The notes below the pieces were generated by a model that was given only the letters and a program-made list of their open reading frames with translations, was not told the DNA's origin and ran no database searches. Both the position numbers and the translations under genes were made by a program. Of a stretch of DNA of 64,000 nt, positions 19,079 to 28,954 are shown piece by piece. The number at the start of each line of letters is the position of its first letter. The stretch's first letter is position 1. Source of the stretch: a virus; UHGV virus genome UHGV-1451962; one strand, written 5' to 3'.

Positions 19079-21450
19079 TCCTCAATTTTAGATACCGAAT
19101 TTATTTTATTATTATTCTTAATAATTTTTACCCCTTGTGCAACTTTACTTCCTAATGTCAATTCTTTTGCTGAAATTTTAATAGTAGATTTATCTCCCAC
19201 AATCAATAAATTATTACTATTATTAATTAAACAACAGCCCGCAATAATTCCTCGATAGCCATAAGTACCTCTTCCACCTCTTTTTTGCAATACAAATTCT
19301 TTTAATAAAACTTGTTTGCCATTGCCATCTTCGCTAATAAAAGCTAGATTATTTTTATTATTTGTAACTGGTAAACAGGTAAATACACTATCTCCTTCGC
19401 GCAAATTAATTCCTTTTACTCCTTGCGCAATCCGAGAAGAAATTGGCATATCTTTTGAATCAAAATGTAAAACAGTACCATTCTTGGTAATTAATAGCAT
19501 TGTCTCTTCTTCAATAAAAGTTACAGCTCTAAGTGCATCATTTTCTTTTAAAGAGATTGCTACAACGCCCGTATTTCTTTTAGTATTATTAAATTCCTCT
19601 AAAGCAACCTTTTTAATAATACCATTCTTAGTTACAAAAAAAACATACTTTGCATTTGTTCCTTGATGTAAAGAAGCAAAAGCCATAGGAAATTCATTTT
19701 TATCAAACTTAATTAAAGTATTTAAATTACTTCCTTTGGAAGAGTTAGTCCCTTCTGGGATATTGTTCACCAGCAAACGATACATTTTCCCCTTAGAAGA
19801 AAAAACCATTAAAGTATCAATAGTATTAGTATCACAAATATAAGAAATAATATCATCATTATTTTTAATACCTACACCATTGCGCTTTTGTGTTTTATAA
19901 TTTTTGTTAGGAATGCGTTTAATATTACCAGATTTAGTAATAGATACAACGCAATTTTCAGGAACAATATCAGGAACTATTGCTTCAATATTATTATCTT
20001 CTAAATTTAATAGTTTAGTTCTTCTCTTATCTCCATATTTATCTTTTAATTCAGTAATAATATTAATTAAAGTATTATCGCGAATTTCTTTATTGGTTAA
20101 AATACCAATACAATATTCAATAAACTTCTTTTTATCTTCCAATTCTTGAATTAATTCATTTTTGTTAATTTTACTTAATTTGCCGAGTTTCATGTCTAAA
20201 ACTGCATTTGCCTGAACTTCATCAATAGAAAGAAAAGCCATCAAACTTTCTTTTGCCATTTGATTATTTTCAGATTGCTTAATAATTTTAATTACTTCAT
20301 CAATTTTATCTACCGCGGTAATAAGACCTTCCAAAATATGAACTCTAGCTTCTGCTTTCTCTTTGTCAAAAGTAGTAGAATTAATTAACATGTTTTCTTG
20401 ATGTAAAACATAATTCTTAATTAAATCTAACATAGAACAAAGTTTAGGAGTACCATTAACAATAAAGTTCATATTATAAGAAAGGGTAGTCTGCAAATCA
20501 GTTAATTTAAATAATCTATTTAAAGCAATTTGTGGATTTACATTTTTCTTAACGTAAAAGATTAACTTATTTTGTCCAACATTGGATTCATCATCAAAAT
20601 CCTCAATTACTTCTGCCAAAACATCTACATTTTTTTCAATCTGTTCTTTAATTTTATTTCGATAGGTTCTATAAGGAATGGTCGTAAAGATAATTTTATT
20701 ATCTTTAATCTCATAATCTCCTTGAATCTTTAAAGAAACAGAGGAATGACCAGTATTAAAAGCAGTATAAATATCTTTGATATTAATAATAGTACCGCCT
20801 AATGGAAAATCTGGCCCAGGTAAATATTTAAGCAGATCGTTAGTATTGGAAATTTTTTTCTGAATAAACGCGATTACAGTTTCACATACTTCTGTTAGAT
20901 TATGTGGGCTACTATTATGGCTCATAGATACACCAATAGCCTGTCTACCATTGCAAATTGCGTTAGGAAAAAGTGAAGGAAGAATAACTGGTTCCATAAA
21001 TTCACCATTATATGTCTCTTTTGTTGGGACAATATTCTTTTTAAAATCCTTCATCATCAAATCTGCATAAATACTAGGTTTAGCTTCTGTATATCTAGCA
21101 GAAGCCACCATATCATTATTCTCTTGCGTACCCAATGAACCCTGTCCCGCAATTAGAGGATACCGCATAAGATAATCCTGAGACATTTTACATAAAACTC
21201 CATAGCAACTAACATCACCATGAAAATAGCTAGTTGCTAATGTACTTCCCACAATAGCGTTACACTTTTTTGTTTTACTTTTGTTATTCATTTTAAGATA
21301 ATCTTCCATAGTCCAAAGAATTTTTCTTTGTGCGGAAAGAAGACCATCTTCAATTGAAGGAATAGCTCTATCTGTCAAAACTTCCGAACTGTAAGTTAAA
21401 AAGTTTTCTTTGGCTTCATCAAGAATATCAACTTCTGTAATTAAACTCAT
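19075..21450 (-). CDS. Type II topoisomerase subunit A (GyrA/ParC-like)
   Basis: AQRKILWTM, SYFHGD, ARYTE (active-site Tyr region) motifs. Confidence 0.85.
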   Translation of the reverse strand: MSLITEVDILDEAKENFLTYSSEVLTDRAIPSIEDGLLSAQRKILWTMEDYLKMNNKSKTKKCNAIVGSTLATSYFHGDVSCYGVLCKMSQDYLMRYPLIAGQGSLGTQENNDMVASARYTEAKPSIYADLMMKDFKKNIVPTKETYNGEFMEPVILPSLFPNAICNGRQAIGVSMSHNSSPHNLTEVCETVIAFIQKKISNTNDLLKYLPGPDFPLGGTIINIKDIYTAFNTGHSSVSLKIQGDYEIKDNKIIFTTIPYRTYRNKIKEQIEKNVDVLAEVIEDFDDESNVGQNKLIFYVKKNVNPQIALNRLFKLTDLQTTLSYNMNFIVNGTPKLCSMLDLIKNYVLHQENMLINSTTFDKEKAEARVHILEGLITAVDKIDEVIKIIKQSENNQMAKESLMAFLSIDEVQANAVLDMKLGKLSKINKNELIQELEDKKKFIEYCIGILTNKEIRDNTLINIITELKDKYGDKRRTKLLNLEDNNIEAIVPDIVPENCVVSITKSGNIKRIPNKNYKTQKRNGVGIKNNDDIISYICDTNTIDTLMVFSSKGKMYRLLVNNIPEGTNSSKGSNLNTLIKFDKNEFPMAFASLHQGTNAKYVFFVTKNGIIKKVALEEFNNTKRNTGVVAISLKENDALRAVTFIEEETMLLITKNGTVLHFDSKDMPISSRIAQGVKGINLREGDSVFTCLPVTNNKNNLAFISEDGNGKQVLLKEFVLQKRGGRGTYGYRGIIAGCCLINNSNNLLIVGDKSTIKISAKELTLGSKVAQGVKIIKNNNKINSVSKIEE

Positions 21451-21462
21451 TCTTTTCCTCCT

Positions 21463-23343
21463 TTAATCAAAAGTAAAACCAAGCTCGGTAGCATTTTCAT
21501 AAATATATTGTTTGCGGGGTTCTACTTTAACTCCCATTAAAATTTCAAGTAATTCATCTGCTTTTTCTGCATCACTAATAGTAATTCTTTTATAGCGTTC
21601 TTGCTCAAAACAAACTTTCTGAAGATCACGTGCGTTTAACTCGCCCAAACCTTTCGCTCTCACTAGCTCATAAGTGCCTTGATGCTGAGTTTTCCACTCT
21701 TCAAGTTCTTCATCAGTATAAGCATAGTATTCATTATTCTTCTGACGAATAATGTACAAAGGAGTAACTGCTCTATAAAGTTTTCCTGCTTCGACTAAAG
21801 GCCGCATATAAGTAAAAAAGAATGTAGTTAAAAGTAATTCAATACTAGCTCCATCAGAATCTGCATCCGAAGTAATTACGATTTTATCAAATTGCATTTT
21901 ATCTACATCAAAAGTTTTATCAAAACCTCCACCAATTACTTTAATAATATCAGAAATTTCTTGATTAGCAAGAATTTTTTCAACAGATTGTTTTCTAGGG
22001 CTAATAGTTTTACCTTTTAACATATAAATACAATCTGTTTTGGGATTCCGTGCTTCAACGGCAGATGATCCTGCGCTTAAACCCTCGACTAGCAGTAGAT
22101 TACGCTGGCTTGGATTCTTATTTGTGCAATCAATAAATTTATTACTTAGGGCGATTTTGGCTTTAAGACCAGTTTCTTTTTTACCCTTATCCCTAACAGC
22201 TTCTCTAGCTTTTCGAGCTGCTTCTCTAGCTTTTCGAGCATTGATCGCCTTATCTGCGATTTTCTTTATTTCTTTTTCATTTGCTTCAAACCAATATTGT
22301 AATTCTTGTGCAATGATTCCTGCAAAAGGGTGCATATCAATTTTAACAATTCTACTTTTGGTCTGAGCGTCATAAGCTATACCAGGAGCAGTAATATTAA
22401 AAACTAAATATAATCCTTCTTGACAATCATCGCCAGATAAATTGCTATCCTTTTCTTTCAACCAAGCTTTATCTCTAAAAAACTTATTCATTTCTCTTGT
22501 TAGAATAGTTTTAATTTGAGTAATATGCGGGCCAGTATCAGTAAGTCCTGTATTAACATAAGGAACAATAGTAGAAGAATATTTATCAGTATAAGTTAAT
22601 ACTAAATTTAATTCATTCTTATTATCTTTAAAATCAATTTTAAGTCTATTTTTAATAATTTCGCTATTTTTATCTACAGTAGAATCAACCAAATCAGTTA
22701 ATCCATTCTTAGAGAAAAAAGTTTTTTCATTTAAAGTGATAGTTAAACCTGGACATAAACAAACTAAAACTTCAAAAAGATTATTAATAATTTTTAAATC
22801 TACTTCTGGGTGAGTAAAAAATTCTTCACTTGCTTGCCAAGTAACAACAGTACCGGATTCTTTATCATTTTTTACTTTACCAGTTTTGCGGTTTTTGAAA
22901 ATTCCTTCTTCAAAAGAAACTTCTTCAAAATTTCCTTTTTGATAACTAAGTACCTTTGTCCAATGACTTAAAAATACAACTAGCTTACTGCCGATTCCGT
23001 TTAGACCTAACGCGGTACCTTCATAAACACCATCTTCAGTATATTTACCAGAAGTGTTAAGCACACTAAAAGCAGCTTCAAGAATTGTTTTTCCGTCTTC
23101 TCTAGTGGAATTAATTAAAAAACCTTGCCCATTATCTTTAACTGTGATTACATTATTATCTGAAATAGTTACATTAATTTCAGTGCAATGACCTGCTTTA
23201 AACTCGTCAACTGCATTAGAAACAATCTCAATCAATAGCTGAGTTGAATATTCAGTAGAACCAACATATACTCCAGGTCTAAGTCTTGTAAATTCTAGTG
23301 GAGTAAGACTTTGAATTGAATCTTTATTATATAAATTATTCAC
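21463..23343 (-). CDS. Type II topoisomerase subunit B (GyrB/ParE-like)
   Basis: GHKL ATPase N-terminus, TOPRIM EGLSAGSSA, MLKGKTISP; contains internal AREAARK repeat. Confidence 0.85.
   Translation of the reverse strand: MNNLYNKDSIQSLTPLEFTRLRPGVYVGSTEYSTQLLIEIVSNAVDEFKAGHCTEINVTISDNNVITVKDNGQGFLINSTREDGKTILEAAFSVLNTSGKYTEDGVYEGTALGLNGIGSKLVVFLSHWTKVLSYQKGNFEEVSFEEGIFKNRKTGKVKNDKESGTVVTWQASEEFFTHPEVDLKIINNLFEVLVCLCPGLTITLNEKTFFSKNGLTDLVDSTVDKNSEIIKNRLKIDFKDNKNELNLVLTYTDKYSSTIVPYVNTGLTDTGPHITQIKTILTREMNKFFRDKAWLKEKDSNLSGDDCQEGLYLVFNITAPGIAYDAQTKSRIVKIDMHPFAGIIAQELQYWFEANEKEIKKIADKAINARKAREAARKAREAVRDKGKKETGLKAKIALSNKFIDCTNKNPSQRNLLLVEGLSAGSSAVEARNPKTDCIYMLKGKTISPRKQSVEKILANQEISDIIKVIGGGFDKTFDVDKMQFDKIVITSDADSDGASIELLLTTFFFTYMRPLVEAGKLYRAVTPLYIIRQKNNEYYAYTDEELEEWKTQHQGTYELVRAKGLGELNARDLQKVCFEQERYKRITISDAEKADELLEILMGVKVEPRKQYIYENATELGFTFD
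22199..22240. repeat. 21-bp perfect tandem duplication inside topoisomerase B gene
   Basis: gcttctctagcttttcgagct repeated twice, encoding ARKAREAARKAREA. Confidence 0.7.
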
Positions 23344-23827
23344 CCAATACCTCCTTAACAGTCACTCTACCAGTAGCTAAATCATCAGCAAGTTCATTGC
23401 CTTCAATACCAGCATGACCTTTAATTTTTCTTAAATCAATCTTTCTATGCCATTTATTATATATTATATCATAAAATTTTATTAAATCCAAATTTTCAGG
23501 AGTTGATTTATCTGCTTTTCGCCAGTTATTATTTTTCCACCTGTACATCCAATCATTGAAAGTATTTACACAATATAAAGAATCTGTATAAACAATAGGA
23601 TAAGTAAAAGAATCTGCCGAAACCCCATAATTGTACAAAGCCCAAAGAATAGCTTTCATTTCTTCTCTATTGTTTGTAGTTCCAATAGTTTGACAAGCAA
23701 AAGCATCTACTAAATGTAGGTTTTTAGGGTCTTTAACATACTTATAAACAACTACCCCATAACCACCAGAAGCATCTTTACTACCATTCTTCAAAGTTGA
23801 GCCATCAGTATAAATAACAGTACCTAT
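23336..23827 (-). CDS. rnhA: Ribonuclease H (RNase HI-like), probable non-AUG start
   Basis: C-terminal GHAGIEGNELAD motif; catalytic-Asp motif VIYTDGS is encoded upstream of the TTG used by the ORF track, bounded by TAA at 23831-23833. Confidence 0.7.
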   Translation of the reverse strand: MGTVIYTDGSTLKNGSKDASGGYGVVVYKYVKDPKNLHLVDAFACQTIGTTNNREEMKAILWALYNYGVSADSFTYPIVYTDSLYCVNTFNDWMYRWKNNNWRKADKSTPENLDLIKFYDIIYNKWHRKIDLRKIKGHAGIEGNELADDLATGRVTVKEVLGE

Positions 23828-23947
23828 GATTTAACTCTCCTTTCTTTGATTTTCTTAAATAAAAGTAGTATAATATTAATAATAAATCAATCAATCTTTT
23901 ATTCTTTAATAATATTATATCATTTTTTTAAAATAAAAACAAATAAA

Positions 23948-23982
23948 GGGTTATAAACTCACCAAAGGTGAGTTTATAACCC
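23948..23982 (-). terminator. Rho-independent terminator hairpin
   Basis: GGGTTATAAACTCACC/GGTGAGTTTATAACCC inverted repeat after holin gene; same core reused at 53738. Confidence 0.5.
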
Positions 23983-23991
23983 ATATAATCT

Positions 23992-24333
23992 TCAAATCGG
24001 CCCAAAGACGTCCGGTTCATCGGAAGAGGTGGGCGTTTGTGGCGTCAGATTATTCATCACAGTTTCATATTTTATGCCATTTTTAGTATTCTCACGAGTG
24101 GCTTTATTATAATAAAAAGCTTGACTAACTGCATAAGCAGCCCAAGGTAAACTGGCTTCCGCGGCTAACCAAGGCAAAGAACCAGTAAATCCTTCGTGAA
24201 TGCAATAAAATGCTAGAATAATATGAGCGAGAGAATGAACCCATATTAAAGCAGATTCTTGAGCTAAAAGAACTTTTGAAAATTCTTTTTTCTTTTTTCT
24301 TTTGTTTCTATTCTTTTTAACGAAGTTTATCAT
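23992..24333 (-). CDS. Holin-like small membrane protein
   Basis: 113 aa, basic N-terminus then two hydrophobic segments; overlaps and follows endolysin gene. Confidence 0.45.
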   Translation of the reverse strand: MINFVKKNRNKRKKKKEFSKVLLAQESALIWVHSLAHIILAFYCIHEGFTGSLPWLAAEASLPWAAYAVSQAFYYNKATRENTKNGIKYETVMNNLTPQTPTSSDEPDVFGPI

Positions 24334-25114
24334 ATAATCTCTTCATTATAGTGACGCCTTCTAGTCTGGTTAAAAACTTATTAGGCATTAATTTGCCAGT
24401 TTCGTCACCTTTAATTAGTCCCATAGAAACTGCCCAATTTAATTCATCTTTGCCCCAATCAGCATTTTGTTTAGCTAATTGAACTAAATAATTATTCATC
24501 ATTTCATTAAATTTTTCTTGAGTCATGTCTTCATCCTCCTCTTGTTTAATTGTAGGTTTATTATTATTATTTGTTTTAGGTTTTTCAATTATAAAATAAT
24601 ATTTTACTTGTTGTTTGAAAAGACTATAATTACCTCTAGTGCGTGCGGTTTTTGTGCTGTTAGGGTCATTAATATAAATAGTGTTTCCTTGAATATTCCA
24701 CACTAAAATGAAATGACCACTACTTGTCCATAATCCTTTGCCCATACAAGCTATAACTAAATTACCTTTATCAATTTCAGCTTTTGCTAAATTATGATAT
24801 TTACTAGAACTATTACCATAAATATTTGCACCATTCAGCATATAGGCTGTTAAACCGTATCGTGCAGCAGCAGGTTTAAAATATCCATAATAAGTTCCTT
24901 GGTGAGGAGCTTTATAACCATGCGCTAAAGCCCAGGCACATTCAGTTTTTGGAGTAACTTTTTTATCTGCCCATGTAGCTAAAACCATAGACATTGCGGT
25001 GGGACCGCAGCCAGAAGCGCCGATTGTAGTTGATTCACCTTTTGCTGAATAGCTAATATTTTTCCATCTTGCGTCTGTTTGTAAATAAGATACAGGCTGT
25101 GTATTCATATACAT
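24317..25114 (-). CDS. Endolysin: papain-like (C39-type) cysteine peptidase with C-terminal SLH domain
   Basis: Catalytic Cys motif GASGCGPTAMSMVL, downstream SSGHFILV His; C-terminal WAVSMGLIKGDETGKLMPNKFLTRLEGVTIM matches SLH pattern. Confidence 0.65.
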   Translation of the reverse strand: MYMNTQPVSYLQTDARWKNISYSAKGESTTIGASGCGPTAMSMVLATWADKKVTPKTECAWALAHGYKAPHQGTYYGYFKPAAARYGLTAYMLNGANIYGNSSSKYHNLAKAEIDKGNLVIACMGKGLWTSSGHFILVWNIQGNTIYINDPNSTKTARTRGNYSLFKQQVKYYFIIEKPKTNNNNKPTIKQEEDEDMTQEKFNEMMNNYLVQLAKQNADWGKDELNWAVSMGLIKGDETGKLMPNKFLTRLEGVTIMKRLYDKLR

Positions 25115-25182
25115 TCTTCTTTCTTTTGTTTTAAAAAAAGAGCTAGGATAAAATCCTAGCTCTTTGATTATTATTATTATTA

Positions 25183-25611
25183 TTAAATTAATTCTGCGAG
25201 TTCTGCTATTTTAGATCTATGGATATTATTTAAAGTTACTTCTCCATAAATATCAGAACCTCTAAAAATTTTAGACATTCTTCTCATGCCATTGTTATTA
25301 CCAGAATAAGCTAATGAGTCAACTTGCGTTTTAGCATCACCATCAATAATACAAATACAATCTTCACCAATACGTTGAAGAGCTAATTTAATTAAAGTTC
25401 TGTCTAAATTTTGTGCTTCTGTTATATAAATACCTGCGTTCATTCCGCTAGTATCATAACCTCTAATATCGCTAAAAGGCAATAAAACTAATTTATCTTC
25501 TTCCATCATACGAAGAACACCTTCTTTACCGCCCAATTTGGCGGAAAGCATATTACCAATTTGTGAGTCAAGTAATTTATCGTCTTTTGTACCTGGGTAA
25601 ACATTAAACAT
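25183..25611 (-). CDS. phoH: PhoH-like ATPase, downstream exon (Walker B half)
   Basis: Contains PhoH motifs IYITEAQNL and IIDGDAKTQVD; lacks Walker A, which lies in ORF 26878..27747. Confidence 0.65.
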   Translation of the reverse strand: MFNVYPGTKDDKLLDSQIGNMLSAKLGGKEGVLRMMEEDKLVLLPFSDIRGYDTSGMNAGIYITEAQNLDRTLIKLALQRIGEDCICIIDGDAKTQVDSLAYSGNNNGMRRMSKIFRGSDIYGEVTLNNIHRSKIAELAELI

Positions 25612-26877
25612 TATAGCTTTCGCTATAAACCTGACTATATCTTATTTCAAACTATTTTTTAAACTAATATATTTATCATATTTTCTTTTTAAAAATCTTG
25701 GATTATTATCATAAAGAGTATTTAAAATATTTAATACTTGTATTCTACCTCTCCATTGTGTATGCCACGCGGTAGTATAAAAATTTTTGTTTTTTTTATC
25801 TGATTGTATTAGAAGGTTTATTATATTTTGAAAATCTTCAACTTCTGTCTCACAATAAGCTGTATAACTTAATGTTACATCTGTGCTAAAATTTTTACTA
25901 TATGAAAGACCGCCATCACCATCAAATAAACCTAAAGCATAAGCTGATAAATATTCTTTAGGGATTTTTTCATAAGGAATATGTGTTATTTTATAAGTTT
26001 TATTTGGCACTATATTATATTTTGCTAAGTCATTATAAATTTGTTCATCTACAAATTCAACTGAACAACAAGTGCTATTTGGACGAATATCATAGATAAT
26101 TTTACTATCTATTTGAATATCATTTTTAAATTTTTCAAGAAGTTCTATATCTTGTTCTTGAATTTGTAATCTAATTCGCCCAGTTTTTCGATAATGGTCT
26201 ACACTTCCATCTGTAAATAAAAATCCTAGCCAATATGCTTTAATAGGAGAGTCGATAATTGAAAAATAATCACTTTTAATTCTCCTATTAATTTTATTTG
26301 TATTTGTAACTTTGATATTTAATTCTTTTAACCTTTTCTTCGTTGTTTCAACATCCAAATTACAATATTTAGCAATTTCTTTAAGAAAAGCTCCTTCTTT
26401 AATCATTTTTTTAATAGTAATAATTTGTTCATCAGATAAATTTTTCTTTTTTCTTCCACCTCTTATTACAACATTATTATCTGTAAGAAGTTTTGTTAAA
26501 TTACGTCTATTATAAGAAGGATATTTTAAAAGTAATTTAGTTATTGACTGACCTTCTAAATACTCTTGTACAATTTGTTTTTCCATAAACTATCTCCTTT
26601 ATTTTAATATTATATATTATTTTTATTAAAGATAGTTTTTCTTTGTTTGTCCAAAATTTTTCAGTTTGAAATCCATGCGCTTCGGAATTTTACTTCCTAC
26701 TCTACTCCCTTACTATAGTTTCGATAGTCGATGAGCCTTCCTCTATTCGAGGCTTGGTTGCTGATTGTCCAATCTATATTATTTTTAAACGTTCACGCTT
26801 AGATTTATTTCATTCTTACGTTGTAGTTAATATAGCTCTAAGGATGTTCCAGCAGTTCACATGGTTTTACTTGAGCC
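25612..26877 (-). mobile_element. Putative group I intron interrupting phoH, carrying a LAGLIDADG homing endonuclease ORF
   Basis: GC-richer, stem-rich ~290-nt segment (26590-26880) plus free-standing endonuclease ORF between the two phoH halves; boundaries approximate. Confidence 0.5.
25642..26586 (-). CDS. LAGLIDADG homing endonuclease (double-motif)
   Basis: Two LAGLIDADG motifs: YWLGFLFTDGSV and AYALGLFDGDGGL; own RBS AAAGGAGATAG. Confidence 0.8.
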   Translation of the reverse strand: MEKQIVQEYLEGQSITKLLLKYPSYNRRNLTKLLTDNNVVIRGGRKKKNLSDEQIITIKKMIKEGAFLKEIAKYCNLDVETTKKRLKELNIKVTNTNKINRRIKSDYFSIIDSPIKAYWLGFLFTDGSVDHYRKTGRIRLQIQEQDIELLEKFKNDIQIDSKIIYDIRPNSTCCSVEFVDEQIYNDLAKYNIVPNKTYKITHIPYEKIPKEYLSAYALGLFDGDGGLSYSKNFSTDVTLSYTAYCETEVEDFQNIINLLIQSDKKNKNFYTTAWHTQWRGRIQVLNILNTLYDNNPRFLKRKYDKYISLKNSLK

Positions 26878-27747
26878 TTACCCTATTTTAATTAACCCAA
26901 GTCTTGCGGAATTAATAGTTGCCACTGTATTACAAAAGATTATAATTTTATCTATTCTATTTTTTTCTAACATATACATTAAAAAAGCTAGAGAAATGTA
27001 AGATTTTCCTACTCCTGCTGGGCCTTGTAACAAAGTAATTTTATTATTAGCTAAACTATCAAAAGCACATTTTTGATATATGTCTCCTTGATATGGTTGT
27101 ACTTTTCCAAACCAGGTAGAATCAAAAGTAGGAAATTTTAAGTAACGATAAGTTTCTCCTGACCAAACCCGCACATCTATAAGTTCATCAAAATTATCAG
27201 GATTTTTTAAAAGTAGATATTCTCCTTTTTTAAGATTAAAATGATTATAGTTAGGATTTTCATAAAATTTAGAAATTAATTCTTCACTAGCAGTAATTTC
27301 TGCAATTCCACTATAAGTATCTAAATCTTCCTCAATAGAAGAAACATTTTCTTTGGGAAACAAACATAAAGCAATATGTTTTAAACTTAAATCATTAGTT
27401 ATAAATTCTAAACATTTATTTGTTTCAAACTCATTCCAAGCATCAGACAAAATTCTAGCATCATCATTAATATCAAAATTCATTTTATCTAAAATGTATT
27501 CATAATTTATTTGATGAATTTTAACAGAATAATTATTTGGATATTTTTCAAATAAATGAAGCAAAAGTCTTGCGGAATATTTTATATCAGAATCTTTATT
27601 TGCCGCAGTTTTAATTCTTTCTAATTCTTTTAAAGTAATAGAAGAAATGATAAATTTCTCATCATCTTCAAAAGCTGATTCTCCGGCTAATAAAAGACTA
27701 CAAGTATCGTAGAATTTAATAATAATTTCCACTCTCCTATTGTTCAA
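26878..27747 (-). CDS. phoH: PhoH-like ATPase, upstream exon (PIN-like N-domain plus Walker A)
   Basis: Walker A LLQGPAGVGKSY near C-terminus; last residues probably intron-encoded read-through. Confidence 0.65.
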   Translation of the reverse strand: MNNRRVEIIIKFYDTCSLLLAGESAFEDDEKFIISSITLKELERIKTAANKDSDIKYSARLLLHLFEKYPNNYSVKIHQINYEYILDKMNFDINDDARILSDAWNEFETNKCLEFITNDLSLKHIALCLFPKENVSSIEEDLDTYSGIAEITASEELISKFYENPNYNHFNLKKGEYLLLKNPDNFDELIDVRVWSGETYRYLKFPTFDSTWFGKVQPYQGDIYQKCAFDSLANNKITLLQGPAGVGKSYISLAFLMYMLEKNRIDKIIIFCNTVATINSARLGLIKIG

Positions 27748-27800
27748 ATAAGATAAAATAAATTATCTTTCTTTATTAGATTAAAAAATAAATAAAATAA

Positions 27801-28238
27801 TTAATTATTTATGGCCTTTCTTTGTCTTTTTAGAGAAGTAATTACTTTACTTTGAGCTTTTAAATATGTATTTAATTCTTTTTCTTCTGTTTTAATATAA
27901 TCCAAATACTTATTAATTTGCTGTTTTAGTCTTACTATTTCTTTAATGACAATGATATACTCACATTTTTTATTTTCTCTTAAAATATCGTTATAAAATC
28001 TTTTTACAGCATTGTATTCAATATTAGTTTTTTCTTTAATATCTTTTAAAGCATTAATAATTGCTCTTTTGTGAGCTATTGTTTGACCTACTTTGGTTGA
28101 GAAAAAGTCCATATCATCAGAATGACAAGTAGCAGTCCCAGTATAGTATTTTCGTTCATAATAAACTATTGCCTCAATTGAATTATTTGTGTAATTAAAT
28201 TCTACGGGTAAAAGATTAATTGTTTTTCTTAGACTCAT
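27801..28238 (-). CDS. hypothetical protein
   Basis: 145-aa ORF, predicted coiled-coil C-terminus. Confidence 0.4.
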   Translation of the reverse strand: MSLRKTINLLPVEFNYTNNSIEAIVYYERKYYTGTATCHSDDMDFFSTKVGQTIAHKRAIINALKDIKEKTNIEYNAVKRFYNDILRENKKCEYIIVIKEIVRLKQQINKYLDYIKTEEKELNTYLKAQSKVITSLKRQRKAINN

Positions 28239-28324
28239 TAAAATTCTCCTATCTTATTTTATATTATAATTATATCATAAATTCTGAGAAAAATAAAATT
28301 CTTGGTATTTGCGTAAAAAATTGC

Positions 28325-28400
28325 TAGAGGCGCGAAAATTCGGCGACACGGGCTGCCACGAGTATGCACGAAGACCCTAGAGCAAAAGTACTCTAGGGTC
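28325..28400. other. GC-rich structured intergenic element with terminal 10-bp perfect hairpin
   Basis: ggcgcgaaaattcggcgacacgggctgccacgag then GACCCTAGAG...CTCTAGGGTC followed by TTT; composition sharply different from flanking AT-rich DNA. Confidence 0.35.
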
Positions 28401-28409
28401 TTTAATTTA

Positions 28410-28952
28410 TTACTTAATTCTATTTTTAATATCCTTAATAATCAAATCAATAGAAACAGGGAAATTATTATGAGCATCTAATTCTACATGATAAATAAGA
28501 CCTTTATCCCAATCCGCAAAAGCGTCCTGACTATGAGAGTGTCCGCACAAACTAATCATTCTTGCTTTAAGAGGTTTCTCATTATCAAAATTACTACAAA
28601 GTGTAGGATAATGGCTTAAATAAAAATGATATTTACCATATCTTAAAAATTGACCTTCAGTTACTTTAATAATATTATTACAATTATTATATAAATTTAC
28701 ACGAACTTCACTATCATGGTTTCCTCTAACTACATAAATTTGTCCTTTTAACTGTTTAATTTTTTCAATTCCTGCTTCATTATCATTTAGCATCAAATCA
28801 CCAAGCACATAAACTTTATCATTAGGACGAATAATTTTATTCCAATTTTCAATAATTGCGTTATCATGTTCTTGGATATTCTTAAATCCTCTTGGTTCAT
28901 AAAGAAAGGGCTTATTATGGCCTAGATGAAGATCACTGGTAAACCAAACCAT
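28410..28952 (-). CDS. Calcineurin-like metallophosphoesterase
   Basis: Motifs SDLHLGH, GDLMLND, GNHD, GHSH. Confidence 0.7.
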   Translation of the reverse strand: MVWFTSDLHLGHNKPFLYEPRGFKNIQEHDNAIIENWNKIIRPNDKVYVLGDLMLNDNEAGIEKIKQLKGQIYVVRGNHDSEVRVNLYNNCNNIIKVTEGQFLRYGKYHFYLSHYPTLCSNFDNEKPLKARMISLCGHSHSQDAFADWDKGLIYHVELDAHNNFPVSIDLIIKDIKNRIK

Positions 28953-28954
28953 TA

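Noticed and set aside
23794-23833. Stop-codon reassignment as explanation for the RNase H start problem
   Set aside because: The upstream in-frame stop is TAA, which is not commonly reassigned, and genes across the window end at ordinary TAA/TGA/TAG stops; non-AUG initiation or a local indel is more parsimonious.
25612-26877. Intein as explanation for the split phoH
   Set aside because: The homing endonuclease has its own RBS and start and is in a different frame from the phoH halves, with ~290 nt of structured non-coding RNA before it; that fits an intron-encoded ORF, not an in-frame intein.
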